64,000 bases of DNA, taken from the NCBI GenBank assembly GCA_002189035.1, contig NEEC01000025.1:248001-312000 (forward strand), given 5' to 3'. The stretch's first letter is position 1, and the number at the start of each line of letters is the position of its first letter. The position numbers were made by a program, and so were the translations under genes. Below, piece by piece: positions 49,136 to 62,593 of this stretch. The DNA is from Utricularia gibba. Taxonomy: Eukaryota; Plantae; Magnoliophyta. Below the pieces are notes generated by a model that did not search any database, was not told where the DNA came from, and saw only the letters and a list, made by a program, of their open reading frames with translations.

Positions 49136-49941
49136 ATGGTTGGTAATCGTGCCTTTTTCTTTCATTTACTTCACCTTCTTTTTTGTCATCTGCTGCTTTG
49201 TTTTCCGATGAATTTCGCTTTGTACTTGATTTTTCTTCGTTGAATTTCCTGAAGGCGACATCCGTGAAACCGATCTCGAGCCCTGTTCCGGTCGAGTGGT
49301 ATCCGACGCTTGCCCTTTTCATGCTATCAATCGGCCTTGTCGTCACCGCCTCTTTCTTCATGTGAGTTTTCGCAATTACGAATTGGAAACCTCATTTTTT
49401 TTTTTTTTTTGACGTTGGGGGTCTGCTATCTGCTTTAATTGTTCTTCATTGGCCGCTATTTAGGTTCTTTGTATTCAAATGAGTGACCTTGGTCATACAA
49501 TTCAACTTGTATTGCTTATGGCTCAGCAAACTGCTTGTAGACTCATTGAAAAGTTAGAGCTTTTTTGCTTCCTTTTTATGGGTATTATGATTTTTCCAGA
49601 AATTTCTGCTTCTTTGTTTAAGAATTTTACTGATTGACTTGCTTGACGAGTGTTTTCATCTGAGGTATTAAGCTGAGTTTCCTGCTGATATTTCGTCAAT
49701 GCCTTCTGTTTTTCCTTTTCAGCTATGAAGCTACTTCATCCAGAAAGAACCGGAGTATCGCAAAGGAACTAGCCACCAGTGCTGTCGCATCCTTCTTTTT
49801 GGTATGTTGATCTTTTTTTCTGGAACTTGCTATTACCTCTACAATGCATCCCGCATTACCTACCTACCATACTCTTGTCCTGTGTAATGGCAGGGTTTTG
49901 GATCACTGTTCTTGCTACTCGCGTCAGGCGTCTATGTCTGA
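49136..49941 (+). CDS. TMEM258/OST5 (UPF0197) oligosaccharyltransferase small subunit, 4 exons
   Basis: M|ATSVKPISSPVPVEWYPTLALFMLSIGLVVTASFFI|YEATSSRKNRSIAKELATSAVASFFL|GFGSLFLLLASGVYV. Confidence 0.88.
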
Positions 49942-50664
49942 ATTCTGGTGACTTTTTTGGTGGGTCTCATGTTAAGAGCTTTGGTTTTCAGACGGTCTGA
50001 TCTTAACAAGGGTGCAAAATTTTACTTTCTTGTGCTTTTGTTGGTTCTCATTGGACATACAGCCAGAGTTGGTTTCATCAATGACAATTGAGATGTAGTT
50101 GATTCTCTTCTCTCTTTGACGTATTCGATCTCTCAGGAATGTTTTTTTGAGGACAATCATACCATAAAGTTAACTCTGTCACATTTTCGTGGTGAACTAG
50201 TGATCAAAAGATACTAGAAAACAGCTAATTTAGCATATAAGAATCAGAGGTGGTACTAATTTGAATCAATGATGGAAATGAGGCGTAGTTAAGAATCTTG
50301 ATTCTGAATCTTCAAACGCTCTCACCCTGTTGAGGTATATGTATTGATAAGGCGAATAGCATTACTTGATTTTCTTGGTCTTCATTGCTGTGTGTTGTTG
50401 AACGGGCTCCAGATGTGATGCTGAATCTCCTGATCCTTTGACGAGTTTGGTTCCTAAGTTTTCATATTCAAATGGAATAGAAAGTTGCAATCATTCCTCT
50501 ACTGCTACAGGATCTTATTACCAGTTGAAGGTGCAGTGTATTCGCTGCACCTTCTTTACTTATAATTTTAATCTTTGACTGATACTCATTCAAGTATCTG
50601 TCGAAAATTGTATATGAGTTTCTCTTTCTCAGCCGTATTACATGGCCTTGAACTTGGTCTCTGT

Positions 50665-53600
50665 TTAGGCCACTCTTGCAGCCACAGAGATTTTGGTAGG
50701 GTCTCCACCTAATTCTTCGAAGACAACTAAGGAGTTCCCAGTTGGCTTCAACCATGAACGAGGTATGTGGTACCTGAAATCATCTGATTTGTCATGATCA
50801 TGACCATTTGTGCATGGTACTAAGATGACAATGAACCAAGAAATGAAAATAGGACTGACCATCTTTGAGATGGTTGGCCGCAGTTGGTTTGGCATTTGGT
50901 CTCTGTGAATGTACCTTTGTAGTTGCACTCACCACAGCTGCCTTTGGCTGTGTAAGCTGGCCAGTGCCTGCCCATGCTCTGTCCATTCACCCATATCTCT
51001 CCTTTTCCCATGCTCCCCATGTCCAAGGCTACCGGGTCACCCCCTTCTGGTGCATCAAAGCTTGTCTGGATAGAATGGAAATGCATCCGGACTAAGACAT
51101 TATGTGCCATTTGGGTGAAATTGTAGAGGCATTGACCTTACCTTGTACCATGTCAGGGGTTGGTTAGTTCCCAACATAGACCCCTCAACCCATTCAGCAT
51201 AGGAACTCTCAGTGACTGTATCCACTCCAAGTGGTGACAGTTTTAAGCCAACCTGCATGGGTAAGGTGAAAGCATGAAAACTTGCTCTTCAAAGTCTGTG
51301 TAGCAAGTTTCTCTTTACCTTGTAAGACCATCTCTCCCTTGTCAAATCTCTAGTACCCTCATTGAGGCCTGTAAGAGTTATGGGGCCAAGAACTCCCAAG
51401 TTGCGTTTCTCATAGTGTAGACCTACATTCTGAGGACAATAGCAAGGAGTTTTCTGAGAAACTGAAACTGTTTTGGATCAGTTAGAGCAGCACAAGTGTG
51501 TAGGGTCACCGGAAGTCCCACTGAGACACTGAGCAAGGAAATGTTGTTTGCCCCGGGTCTCAAGTTCACGTTCTTGGAGAATGTTAACTTGGGGTTGCTT
51601 AAATTTCCATAAACAAATCCTGTAGGAGATGAAAGGAGGCGGGGTGAAAGGGAATGCTTGGTTCGAATCAAATTCTCAATACAAGGGATCATTCTTTACC
51701 TGATGTCTCGCCGTTGATGAAGACGTGCAATGCATGGCCCGCTGACGTGACTGTGAGAGCAGGCCATTGGCCATTCTTCAGAAACTCCTCGTCTGAAGCT
51801 ATATCTACTCTGTAAGAGTAAGAAAATTATGTGAGAAATGGACAACAGTGAAATGAAGTGTTCTTCCCAGTTCCAGTTTTCGGATAAACTTACTGAGTTA
51901 GGTACCACAAATAGTCAGAGGAATCTCTGGTGATATTCAGTTGATCCCATAAACCGAACATGTGCAGTACGTCTTCATCATCGGCAGAGGCGACTTCCTC
52001 ATTGCAGGATTGCCATGCAAATGCACTAGAAATCGGCAACATTCTTGGATTTGAGCCATTGGAGATAATCTTCAAGGAAAAAACAAGGTATTTACTGTTA
52101 AATGATCTGTGCCACAGTCAGATGGAGGAATAAGTTGTGATCATTACTTTAGCAGTGTTGTAGACTTCTGTCTTGCAGTCAGGAAGAATGCTGATAGACC
52201 AAGGAGGCAGCACATACTTTGTGTTCTGAAATGTAACCTCAGTTGAATACTTTATATCGTAGTTCGATAAGAAAGCAGCACAAGCACCCGAATTCGACCA
52301 AAAGACATGAACCTAGGAGAGTTTTCTGAGAAGATCAATCTCCAACAAGATTCCCACAACATAACATTATTGCATATGCAGCTTTAGTATTGTTACCTCC
52401 TGGTTTTTCCCCGGCCATGTTACTGTTGGATACGATGATACTATAGCCGATTCAGCTTGCTTAATGGCCTTGTGCAGGTTTGTCAAATGGCTATACTTTG
52501 GCTCGTTGGGAAGCCCTGTAATGGCTCAGGGATAACCATGAGTGAGTTATCATGCAGGATCATGAACGATCTAGATATCTACCGTATTCATCCAGAGGGG
52601 CATCGTAGTCATAACTTGTGGTGATGAATAAACCAGCAGAATCCCGACCAAAGTTGGTTCCTCCATGGTACTGAAGGAGCAAGCAGTAGAAGCTGAGACA
52701 AGTTCTCCTATGGAAAACAGATTGAAAAAGGATGCAGAGGGCACTTACCATGTAATAATTGAAGAATGAGCCATTGTTGTGAACGAATCTGGCAACTGCA
52801 AAAGCTAAATCTTCCACAGGTCTCAGGGGAGTCGGGCCACCATGCTGTGTGTACCTAAGGAAATATATCTAAAGCCCTGCTGAGGAACCTTTCTAAGATC
52901 CGAACAAGGTAACCAACCATTGGAAAGATCTTACCAGCCAGTCCAAGCTTCAGTCCACATCTTGGGATTGTTTGTCTTGTTCGGATGGAATCCTTCACAA
53001 TAGAAACCATTGCATGCATCTATCTGTATCAGCAAGATCAAGAAACATGGAAGATACATTTTACAGAAGTTTATTTGAAGTCACAGTTGGGAAAGATCTT
53101 TGTTATCATGCATACAATGGGATCAGGGGCAGTTTCTTGTTTACACATGACCCAGGGAACACCGGTGTCTTGCTCCACAGCCATTTGAGCTGCCCAGGCT
53201 GTGTAGGCTCGTCCTGGGGCCCCTACTTTCCACTCAATTGGACCGTATTCATTTTCTATCTGTAACATGGTTATCCAAGAAAAAGAGATGAGCACAGAGT
53301 AACAGTTTCCACTGATGCAGAACTGAAAGTTATACCTGTGACATGATTATCGGCCCTCCCTGCGACTCAAACAATGATTCTGATTTGATGAGATTCACAA
53401 TCTTGGTAACAAATCCTTCCATTGCTTGCTTGAAAGGTTCATTGTCTGTTCTGAATTCTATTCCTGGTACATATTTCAGCCAAGCAGGAAACCCCCTTCA
53501 TCAGAAACAGAGCAGTCAGATATTCTTGCAAGAGAGCCAATATTTTCTAATGCTCCAGTTTTTACCCGAAGTTCCATTCTGCACAGATGTAGGGACCAAT

Positions 53601-54101
53601 CCTCAGGTGAACATAAAGGCCTGCTTGCTGAACCAGTTTGATGAACTTGACAAGATCAAATCGCCCCTCGAAATTGTACTGCGTATGAATGAATGTAAAA
53701 TCAGTTGGAAACCAGAAAAATTGATAGCTGTTGAAACATTGATCACAGACAACATGTGCATTACTTTTCCAGGAGACAGCTCGTGGCCATTCCAGAAAAC
53801 ATAAGTCTGTATAACATCAAGACCTCCATCTTTGGCCTTCTGGATAACAAGAGGCCACATCTGAATCATTCAATACCAGAGATACAAATCAAAAGGTGAA
53901 CTCCCATTTTCCAGAACAGCAAATGGATACATGAAACAGTGAAGAAAAGAACACCTCTGGAGTGCTTCTGGGATAATGAATGGAGCCTGAGATGAGGATC
54001 CTTCTCTCCCCATTAATTATCATGGATCTTCTATCATATGAAACGGTTGCTTCTACCAGAGAAGACCCCATGGACACCCAAACCAGCAAAAGGAGCAGCA
54101 T
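50665..54101 (-). CDS. BGAL: GH35 beta-galactosidase, secreted, no C-terminal lectin domain
   Basis: Signal peptide, [60 protein letters not shown]; ends [18 protein letters not shown]. All exons were traced in frame. Confidence 0.95.
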
Positions 54102-54899
54102 GCTTGGTTTCAATAAGACCCATTGTGACCCTGGATCATTTGTAACTGAGCAACAGCAACCACGACAAAACCATGGACAAAAAGACACTGATTATTTATC
54201 CTCTTGTGATCATCACTTTTCTCTTTAGGAAAAGCTCATCTCAGCTAAACGAAGAATACCTGCACGTAAGTAAAGAGTATAGATAATATACTGCCAAGCC
54301 GTGTGTATCACGAGGAACAAGAATCTGTGACTGCTTCACAAAGAGACGAGGGGCCTGTCATTCATTGATTTCTGGGACGGGCGTTGCCATTGCTGATACC
54401 ACCAACAGCTAGCTCCTAGTCATCTACTTGCTGTCTGCTACAGAAAAAAGAATGAATGGAACGCCTTTGTCTTTTAAAGTCAAGAGTAAAAAAAAGAAGC
54501 AGTGTCAAATATAGGCTGAGTGAGGGCAGAGAGGAATCTGAGTGACAGAGGGAATCTTATATATAGAGCGATTGTACGGCTCAATAGATATCATTGTTAG
54601 ATTATTGGTCAATTATATGTTATCGGGATTCACCTACTGCTACTGTAGCCTATAGAGTAGATGCAGAAGAGAAAGGAAAACAGGGCATTGAAGCAAGAAC
54701 TGCTGGTCACAATAGAATAAGGTTTTTCTTCTACTGTACCACAACAACACGACACACACATGAGAACACAACTGTCCCTCCTTCTTAAGGAACCTTGAAG
54801 GCTGAAGCAGCATTTTTACATGACAGAAATCTTGAATCAATTTGATTGCTCTGTACATACAGTAAATTACAGAGAACCGACTGCAGATCGCCCATAGGC

Positions 54900-56361
54900 T
54901 CAGAAGAGCTTCGAGATGACATGGCATGATGTCCAGAATGCGGTGGAAGCAGCACGGAGGAGGGCGGGGTTTTGATAAATTCTGTTCATCAGTCAGCACA
55001 TAAGGGTCAGAATACATGAGAACGAACATGGGAAATCAAGTTGTTGATGCTATTTTCAGGAACTGCAAACTGAGCATAGCTCTCACCCTATAGCTGTGGC
55101 ACCCCAAGATGCTACATTGTAAATTACTTTGCCACCTTCCCATGCCTTCTGTAACTTACCCTTCTTTTTCTTCAACGAAAATGTCTTGGTCAGAGCTGTG
55201 AAAGAAAGTAAAAGAGAGTGTGGTTGGTTATTTTATACTTCTGTCTACAAGTACGCCATACCATAGATGGCGGTAGCAAACTCGTAAAAATGATGAATTA
55301 AAGACTTACCAGCTTGCAGCTGGTTTGGTGTCAATTCCTGTGAGACAAAATCAAACAAGTGAGACAAAAATGCATTGAGTTTAGAGTTGAACACTTTTAC
55401 AGAGACGCTCCTATAAAAACTTTTGGGTTTCGGATTTTCAACGTGAGATGTGTTACAGAATTCTTTTCCTGGTGAACAGATATTTGACTCATCCTTTGGT
55501 GATTATTCACCTTCGTTTCTTTAAGAGATGCCAAATATGCAGCCATGAAAGATGCTATTCCATCAATAATATCTTCTTGCCCAACCAATACAAAATCCTC
55601 ACGGTTCGATTCAGCATTTCCACCTTCCCATACATCATTGCTACTGACTATGTCCCAGGAGGTATTTTCATCTGCAGCATAGCATATAAATCATATAACA
55701 GTGACATAAACCATTCCTCAACTATGTTTCCCAATGCAACAAAAAATCCACAGTCAACATTTCTTGTTTTTCAGGGAGCGATCACAATTTAGTAACTCCA
55801 AATGAAGCTGATGCTTCGATATCATACCAGTAAGATTTTCCTGATGAGATGCTTGAGCACCTTCTAATTTATCGAGAAAATCAGCACATTCAACTCTAGA
55901 CTTCAAGAGGCTGTAAAACTGCAAACGACAGGCAGATAAAAAATCAGGATTCTCTGTTTCACTGATCTCTCAGAGCCTGTGATTAAGGGTATGAGCCTAA
56001 AACACATTGCCATCACAATAGATGGAACGTGTTGAGTCTAGTTGTTTAGCAAACTACTCATTGCACCAAAATGTGCCAGCAGACAATGAATACTGCATAA
56101 ACTAAAAGGTACTAAAGGAAGAAAGCAATGACCTACTTCTCTAGTTTCATTATCGGTGCTAGCTGGAGCAGAGGGGGAGTCACCAGAATCTTGAGACACA
56201 GAAGGTTCACTATTTGGCATTTCTTCGTCCCTCTCATCATCATCACAGCCATCCGCAAGCTGCTGAAGAGCCATCTGACACTGCTGGAGAACATCTTCCA
56301 AGGTTTTTTTCTTCACCCAAATGGTATTTTTTCGCATACCTTCCACCCCTCCTATCTCCAT
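54900..56361 (-). CDS. conserved plant protein of unknown function, 6 exons
   Basis: Spliced ORF: VKKKTLEDVLQQCQMAL..., LLKSRVECADFLDKLE, SWDIVSSNDVWE, EDIIDGIASFMAAYL, ELTPNQLQ, KKKGKLQKAWEGGKVIYNVASWGATAIGIYQNP...FWTSCHVISKLF. All introns are GT-AG. Confidence 0.8.
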
Positions 56362-57160
56362 TAATCTAATTTTTTTTACAAGCTAAACACACAGAACATT
56401 AGCAGGTCTTCCTTCCAGGAACCAAGAGGAACAGAGCACGCTGGTGTGCCGTAAACACCTATACCTAAAAAAGAAGTAAAACAAAAACTAAAAGGCTGGC
56501 ACAAAAACACAGACGGAAATCCGAAAAATATCCAGGGAATCCAGTGCCAGAGACGCCAGCAGGAAGGCAAACAACCAAACACCTAAGGACACTAGATAAT
56601 AGCAAAAATCCGATCCTCGGGGACGTTGATGCACTGAACAGAACGGTGGAGTCCAGTCATGTTCTGGTGCAAACGAATTAAAGCTAGGCTGATCGAAGCA
56701 CAAAAAAAAACATTTCCCACATCTCAAATAAGACAAAAATATCTCAATTAGGCATCAATTCCCGGTAAAGCCGAAAACTGGAGGAGGCCAAGAACGGTGA
56801 ACGGAACTTGGACTAACGATGCTGAATATGATTGAACGTTGCGATCACAGAAGAAGGCGGGCGACGTAACAGAAAAGGTTACCTCAAAACCCAGCCAGGA
56901 GGAGGTCGGCAGGTTGCGCAGACATCGGAAAATCTTCAATCATCAGATCACGGGCTCCTGCGTACCTAAATCGCAATCGAAACCGGCTCAAGGATCGAAA
57001 AACCGAACCTTGAGTTATATACAGAACCGGAAACCGGATTATAGTTGATGCCGCTTGTTAGTTGAATTAGTCATGGGCTTCCGGTTTAGGCGAATTATTA
57101 TTATTATTTTCAGAAAAGCAAAAATTATTTCCTCTTGCGCACGTTAGCTAATGAACTGAA

Positions 57161-57169
57161 AAACCCTAA
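57161..57169. promoter_or_regulatory. telo-box in a bidirectional promoter
   Basis: AAACCCTAA between the unknown gene and ATP synthase g. Confidence 0.5.
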
Positions 57170-57643
57170 TCATCCACTCCGCTGCCAATCTTCAGTGGGG
57201 ATCGGCTGCTCTGAGTTGCGCACTCAATACTTTTGTATCCTTCTCGGGGTGAGTTCGCTAGATCTGTTTTTGACTAATGTCACTCGTTACATCTTGCTAG
57301 CTGAATGAGTTTCTTGTTTTTGGAGAATTCGATCCATTGATTCTTGTTCCGGACATTCCTATTTCAGATAACGCTTTTTTGCCTGATAATTCGTCTGTTT
57401 GTGATGATTCTTTTCGTTTTTCGACTACAGAGTAGTATGCTTGCTTGCTTACGTTTGGGTAAGAGGGATTCGCGAATTTCTAGGCTTTGTCTGCGTTGCT
57501 GGTTTATGCTATTGAATTTGTATTGTCCGTCGGGTCTAGAATAATGTGGACTAGTTTAAAATTTAGAATGTCTCCCTTTTTCTGCAATCAGTGGATTATG
57601 GTTGAAGTGGGATTCAATTGTTCTCTTCCCGACTTCAGATTAG

Positions 57644-58453
57644 ATGGCGTCCAAGCTTCACCAACTGCAAGGCAAGGCTTGTCAGGCTACCCAGTTCCTC
57701 TCCAAACATGGAAGTGTCTATTACAAGCAGCTGCTGGAACAAAATAAGCAACATATTAAGCAACCACCAACGATTGAAGCATGCGACGAATTAGCCAAGC
57801 AGCTGTTATATACTCGCCTAGCTAGGTAGTCCATTTGCTACTTTTTACAGGATCTGATATTCTTTTTTTTTTCTGTAATCGTGGTAATTGTGTTTTTATT
57901 ACTTTGAAATTCGATGATAATTACATGCTATAATGCTGGTGTCTTAAGATGTGGAGACACCATTTATGATGGTATTAGGGTCTGTGTTACCTTGTGCATG
58001 CTCCGATTTTGAACTTTCAAATCAATTTTATGGTGTAGAGGTTGTAATGAACTATCTGGCTTTTCTTGGTCTGGGGCTCAAAGAGCGTACCCCTCTGCAG
58101 CTTCATGCAAGGCAGTGCTGTTGTAGGCCCCTGGACTGGCTGTAGATGTTTATCAGCTTTTGTCTCTTACAGTTACTTTTTTTTGCAGAAAGGTGCTTTT
58201 TTAAAATATGTTGAGCATGGTCAAGTATCTGTGTGCCCTTTTCATTTCCCTTGGTGCTTCTTGCAGTGTACCCGGCCGAGTTGAATCATTCTGGAAAGAA
58301 TTTGATTATGTGAAGAACATGTGGAAGCGTCGCCAGGAGCTCAGGGTTGAGGATGCCGGCATAGCTGCTCTCTTCGGGCTCGAATGCTTCGCATGGTACT
58401 GTGCAGGTGAGATCATTGGAAGAGGCTTTACATTCACCGGTTACTATCCTTGA
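57644..58453 (+). CDS. mitochondrial ATP synthase subunit g, 2 coding exons
   Basis: MASKLHQLQGKACQATQFLSKHG..YYKQLLEQNKQ..LYTRLAS|VPGRVESFWKE..ALFGLECFAWYCAGEIIGRGFTFTGYYP. Confidence 0.95.
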
Positions 58454-58814
58454 AACCACCCACTTAGAACCTAACCTATCGATGAGCTGATCGGAGGAGG
58501 AAGCATCCATCCATCATATTTAGTTTCTGAGCTGATCAATCAGCATGTCACATTTGATTGCTTAATAATCTTTGTTCATCATTTCCGGCTTATTACAAGC
58601 GACCATGTTATGGCATTCCCTTTTTTCTATATTTGTAATGAGAGTGTAGCTTCAGAGAAATAAACCTTGTAAGAAAGGCTTATCTGCTTGAGCCTCTTTG
58701 CCAGAGAAAAAAAAAACCTTTTCTGCCAACACACAAAACCTAATAATTCTCGAAAAATATTTTTTGAAAAAGCATAAATTGTTTTTGAAAAAATGTTGAA
58801 AACGGGAAAATTGT

Positions 58815-58960
58815 AAGGCCCAAATCCAGTTAAAAATAGGCCCTAATTGTAAGCTGTCCATGTGCTATAGGCCTCGATCCAATCCGGTTAATCGTAGGCC
58901 CAAATTGTAAGGCCCACCAAACTGCTACATATAAAACTAGAAATCCCCCAACCCTAACGG
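58815..58960. promoter_or_regulatory. site II cluster and telo-box-like motif upstream of RPS30
   Basis: Three GGCCCA elements, a duplicated AATTGTAAGGCCCA, and AACCCTAAC near 58950. Confidence 0.65.
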
Positions 58961-59029
58961 CTGATAGAAGAAAGTCAATCGAGACGAGCCGGCGGCTGAT
59001 TTCTCTTCCGGAAGAGTTCGTGATCAATC

Positions 59030-59371
<342 letters not shown>

Positions 59372-60029
59372 GGGATGAAGCCCATCAGTCTGTTGCTATT
59401 CTATTGGTATTATGCCATTTTGATTGCCTTGTCTCTACGTTTTCGGTCCATGTATTGACGATTGTTGAGGCTTCTACATGCTTCTGTCTTTGGGAAACTC
59501 GTATATCGATCACCATTCCAGCTTTCTTTCATTTCTTACGATTTCCGGTAGCGTGCGCCAAAATCTCAGTCTAGGGAGGTACACTAGTTAAAACAATCTG
59601 CCACCGCCCGCCGTCCATTTACCCGCCTTTTTTCGCCACCGGGATGCTCCATAAAGCCGCAACAGTGGGTCCCGCCGCATGCCATATAAACTCCGCAACG
59701 GCGAACCTACACATGCATGGTCGAAACTTTCATCCGAGGCTTCCTCCTGCTGGTGGTGGAACGGCGCGGCGGAGGCCGTACCGACGGAGGAGGCGTGGCG
59801 GAGTTTTGCATCATTTTAAAAAAATGGTTTTAGAAACCGGTATCCCCATATATAAAAGTAATAATTTATTTATCCATAGCGTGGGCCCCTTTGTACGGAT
59901 TTTAAAGTACACGTCATCATTGCAGCCAAACGGCTATGAGTTTCGTCTCTTTCCAAGAATGGGAAGGCAAGACAAAGGAATGTCCAACTAAACACAGCGC
60001 CTGGTTTCCTCCGACATCGCATCCACATC

Positions 60030-62078
60030 ATGAATCCCACGTCCTCGGAGATGATTATCTATACCTCCATCGGACTGATCATCTTCGCCGCCGTGCATCT
60101 ACGCCTGAAGCAGATCGCCGATCAACGGATCGTGCCTAGGATCAAGGTTTCAAATGCAGGAAAGGTTCTCACCATCGAAAGGTTCTCACATTATGTAGGT
60201 AATCTCAATCGATCCATTGATCAGTCGAATATGATTTCCGTGCCTCAAAGTTTTGTTTAGATAATGCGATTTCATGATTTTCGATCTGAAGAATTTTCTG
60301 TTTAAGCGATGCAGCAAGACAGATGGGGTTCACGGATAGAAGACAGTGTCCGACGCTGTGCAAATTGACCTCGAATTACATCAGGAAAGCTGATGGATGC
60401 GAGAACGATATCTACGATTTCTTCGCCAGCGAACCCGATGCCGACTCTCTATTCATCAAAATGGTGGAGGAGATCGAGCGATGCACTCTTAGTTACTTTG
60501 CTTTCCATTGGAAACATGCTTCTTACATGATCAGTCAGGTGTGCATTCGGGATTCCAGCATGAACTATGTGCAAGGGTGCATTACTTCAATTATGTCTCA
60601 TCCCTGTTGCTTGCGGCAGGTTTTGGGTGCTGAATCAGAGCCCAGGAAGAAGCTTAAGCACATAGTAATGGCAGCCACAAGGTAGACTGTAGTAAATCTT
60701 TTCGACTCGGATTAGGATTTCCTGATTCATTTTTTTACGAATTCGGTGACAACAGAGAACAAAGATTTGAAAGAGTAACCAAGAACCTCAAGGTGACGAG
60801 AGTGTTCAATACATTGGTTGAGGAGATGAAGGCCATTGGACTTGTGTCCTTGGATGATTCACAGTGCACTGACGTCATGGTCCCCATGGCTCACAAAGAC
60901 AGGAGTCCGGTGCTCCTCCTGATGGGAGGTGGAATGGGAGCCGGCAAGAGTACAGTGCTTAAGGACATTCTCAAAGAGTAAGCAGTAATATATCTTCTCA
61001 TGCGATTCAACTTCAGCTCTAATATCCAACTTCAACAGACCATTTTGGGCGGGGGCTTCTGGGAATGCGGTGATCATAGAAGCTGATGCTTTCAAGGAGT
61101 CTGATGTAATATACCAAGCCCTGAGCTCCCAGGGGCACCATGATATGCTTCAAACTGCTGAGCTTGTAACCATCCATAGCTATCTCAACTCAATCATTTT
61201 CATCTGCTAGATTAAAGAAACTAATGAATGTTGACGTACAGGTGCACCAGTCATCGACAGACGCAGCCTCATCCCTGCTAGTCACAGCGCTGAACGAAGG
61301 GCGTGATGTGATCATGGATGGTACTCTGTCATGGGTGCCGTTTGTTCTCCAGACAATAACCATGGCGAGAAATGTTCACCGCCGACGCTACAGAATGGGC
61401 GTTGGTTACCAAATAGGAGTAGGCGGAGTTGTGACCGAAAACTACTGGGAGCAAATCAACGAGGAGCAACCACACGAGGGAAACAAGAAGAGAAGACCCT
61501 ACAGAATTGAGCTGGTTGGAGTGGTATGCGACGCCTACTTAGCAGTGATCAGAGGAATAAGGTACCTGAAAAACATTACCATTTAAAATACTAACACCCC
61601 TGCTTCCTGAATACGGTCCTTTCACAGGAGAGCACTGATCTGCAGGAGGGCCGTGAGGGTCAATTCCCAGCTAAAATCCCACAAGAGATTTGCAGATGCA
61701 TTCAATAAGTACTGCCAGTTGGTGGACAACGCTCGACTCTACTGCACAAATGCACTAGAAGGCCCTCCCAAGGTACGACATCTCCCTCGATGAACACTCC
61801 TACATACCCAACATTGCTAACGCAGAGATAGTCCTGTGAAGCTAATAGCATGGAAGGACAAAGACAAAAACCTGCTGGTAGATCCAGATGAGATAGGGTG
61901 TCTCAAAGTTCTAAGCCTGGTGAACGTCGAAGCAGAGTCCATATTCGAGATGTACAAAGGCCGCAATCCGACATTCGAAGCAGGGTCCGTGTGGAAGGAG
62001 ATCGTCTTGTCCCCGTCAAGGATCAATATCCAGAAAGAACTCAAGTATTCGATTCAGAATGCTGAGAGACTGCGATAA
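60030..62078 (+). CDS. zeta-toxin-fold P-loop kinase, calmodulin-dependent NAD kinase (NADKc) family
   Basis: N-terminal hydrophobic anchor, FAFHW, Walker A GGGMGAGKS, IIEADAFKE, VIMDGTLSW, RIELVGVVCD, RSQLKSHKRFA-like segment. Confidence 0.85.
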
Positions 62079-62593
62079 CCGCCACTCCCTCCACTCTGCT
62101 GGAATCAATCCCTACCAGATGACACAGCGTAATCCCCAAACCTTCTTGTTCTCCTTCAGCTTCCTTCTTTGCTTAGAATCACTGAAGTAGATACATAACA
62201 TATTCAGGCATCAGTTTACGTAAATCCACAACAGGAACTTTATTTTTTTATGGTCTATATAATTTTTATTAATTTTTATCATAGTTGGAGGAGGATGCCC
62301 TAACAGCGCAGACCGCAGTGCGTCTATTCCTCGCAGGGAACTAATGGATCCTATGCGTGGGGTCCATCTGTGACTGAAATTTAAATTTAAATTAAATTAC
62401 GTATTCAATATAACTGAATAAATAATGGCCTCAGATAGTAATTTAGATTGGTTTTCTTTTATTTTTTTTTCAGATTTTTTTTTTGTTTATAAAATTGGAT
62501 CTCAAAAATTAACGTTGTAAGAGTTTAGGAGTGAAGTGTCCCAGGATCAGACCAAAGGTTACTATTAAATACACTATTAAGAGAGAAGAAGAT

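Noticed and set aside
50291-50310. AGAATCTTGAT resembling the 5' half of miR172
   Set aside because: Only 11 nt match and there is no fold-back precursor.
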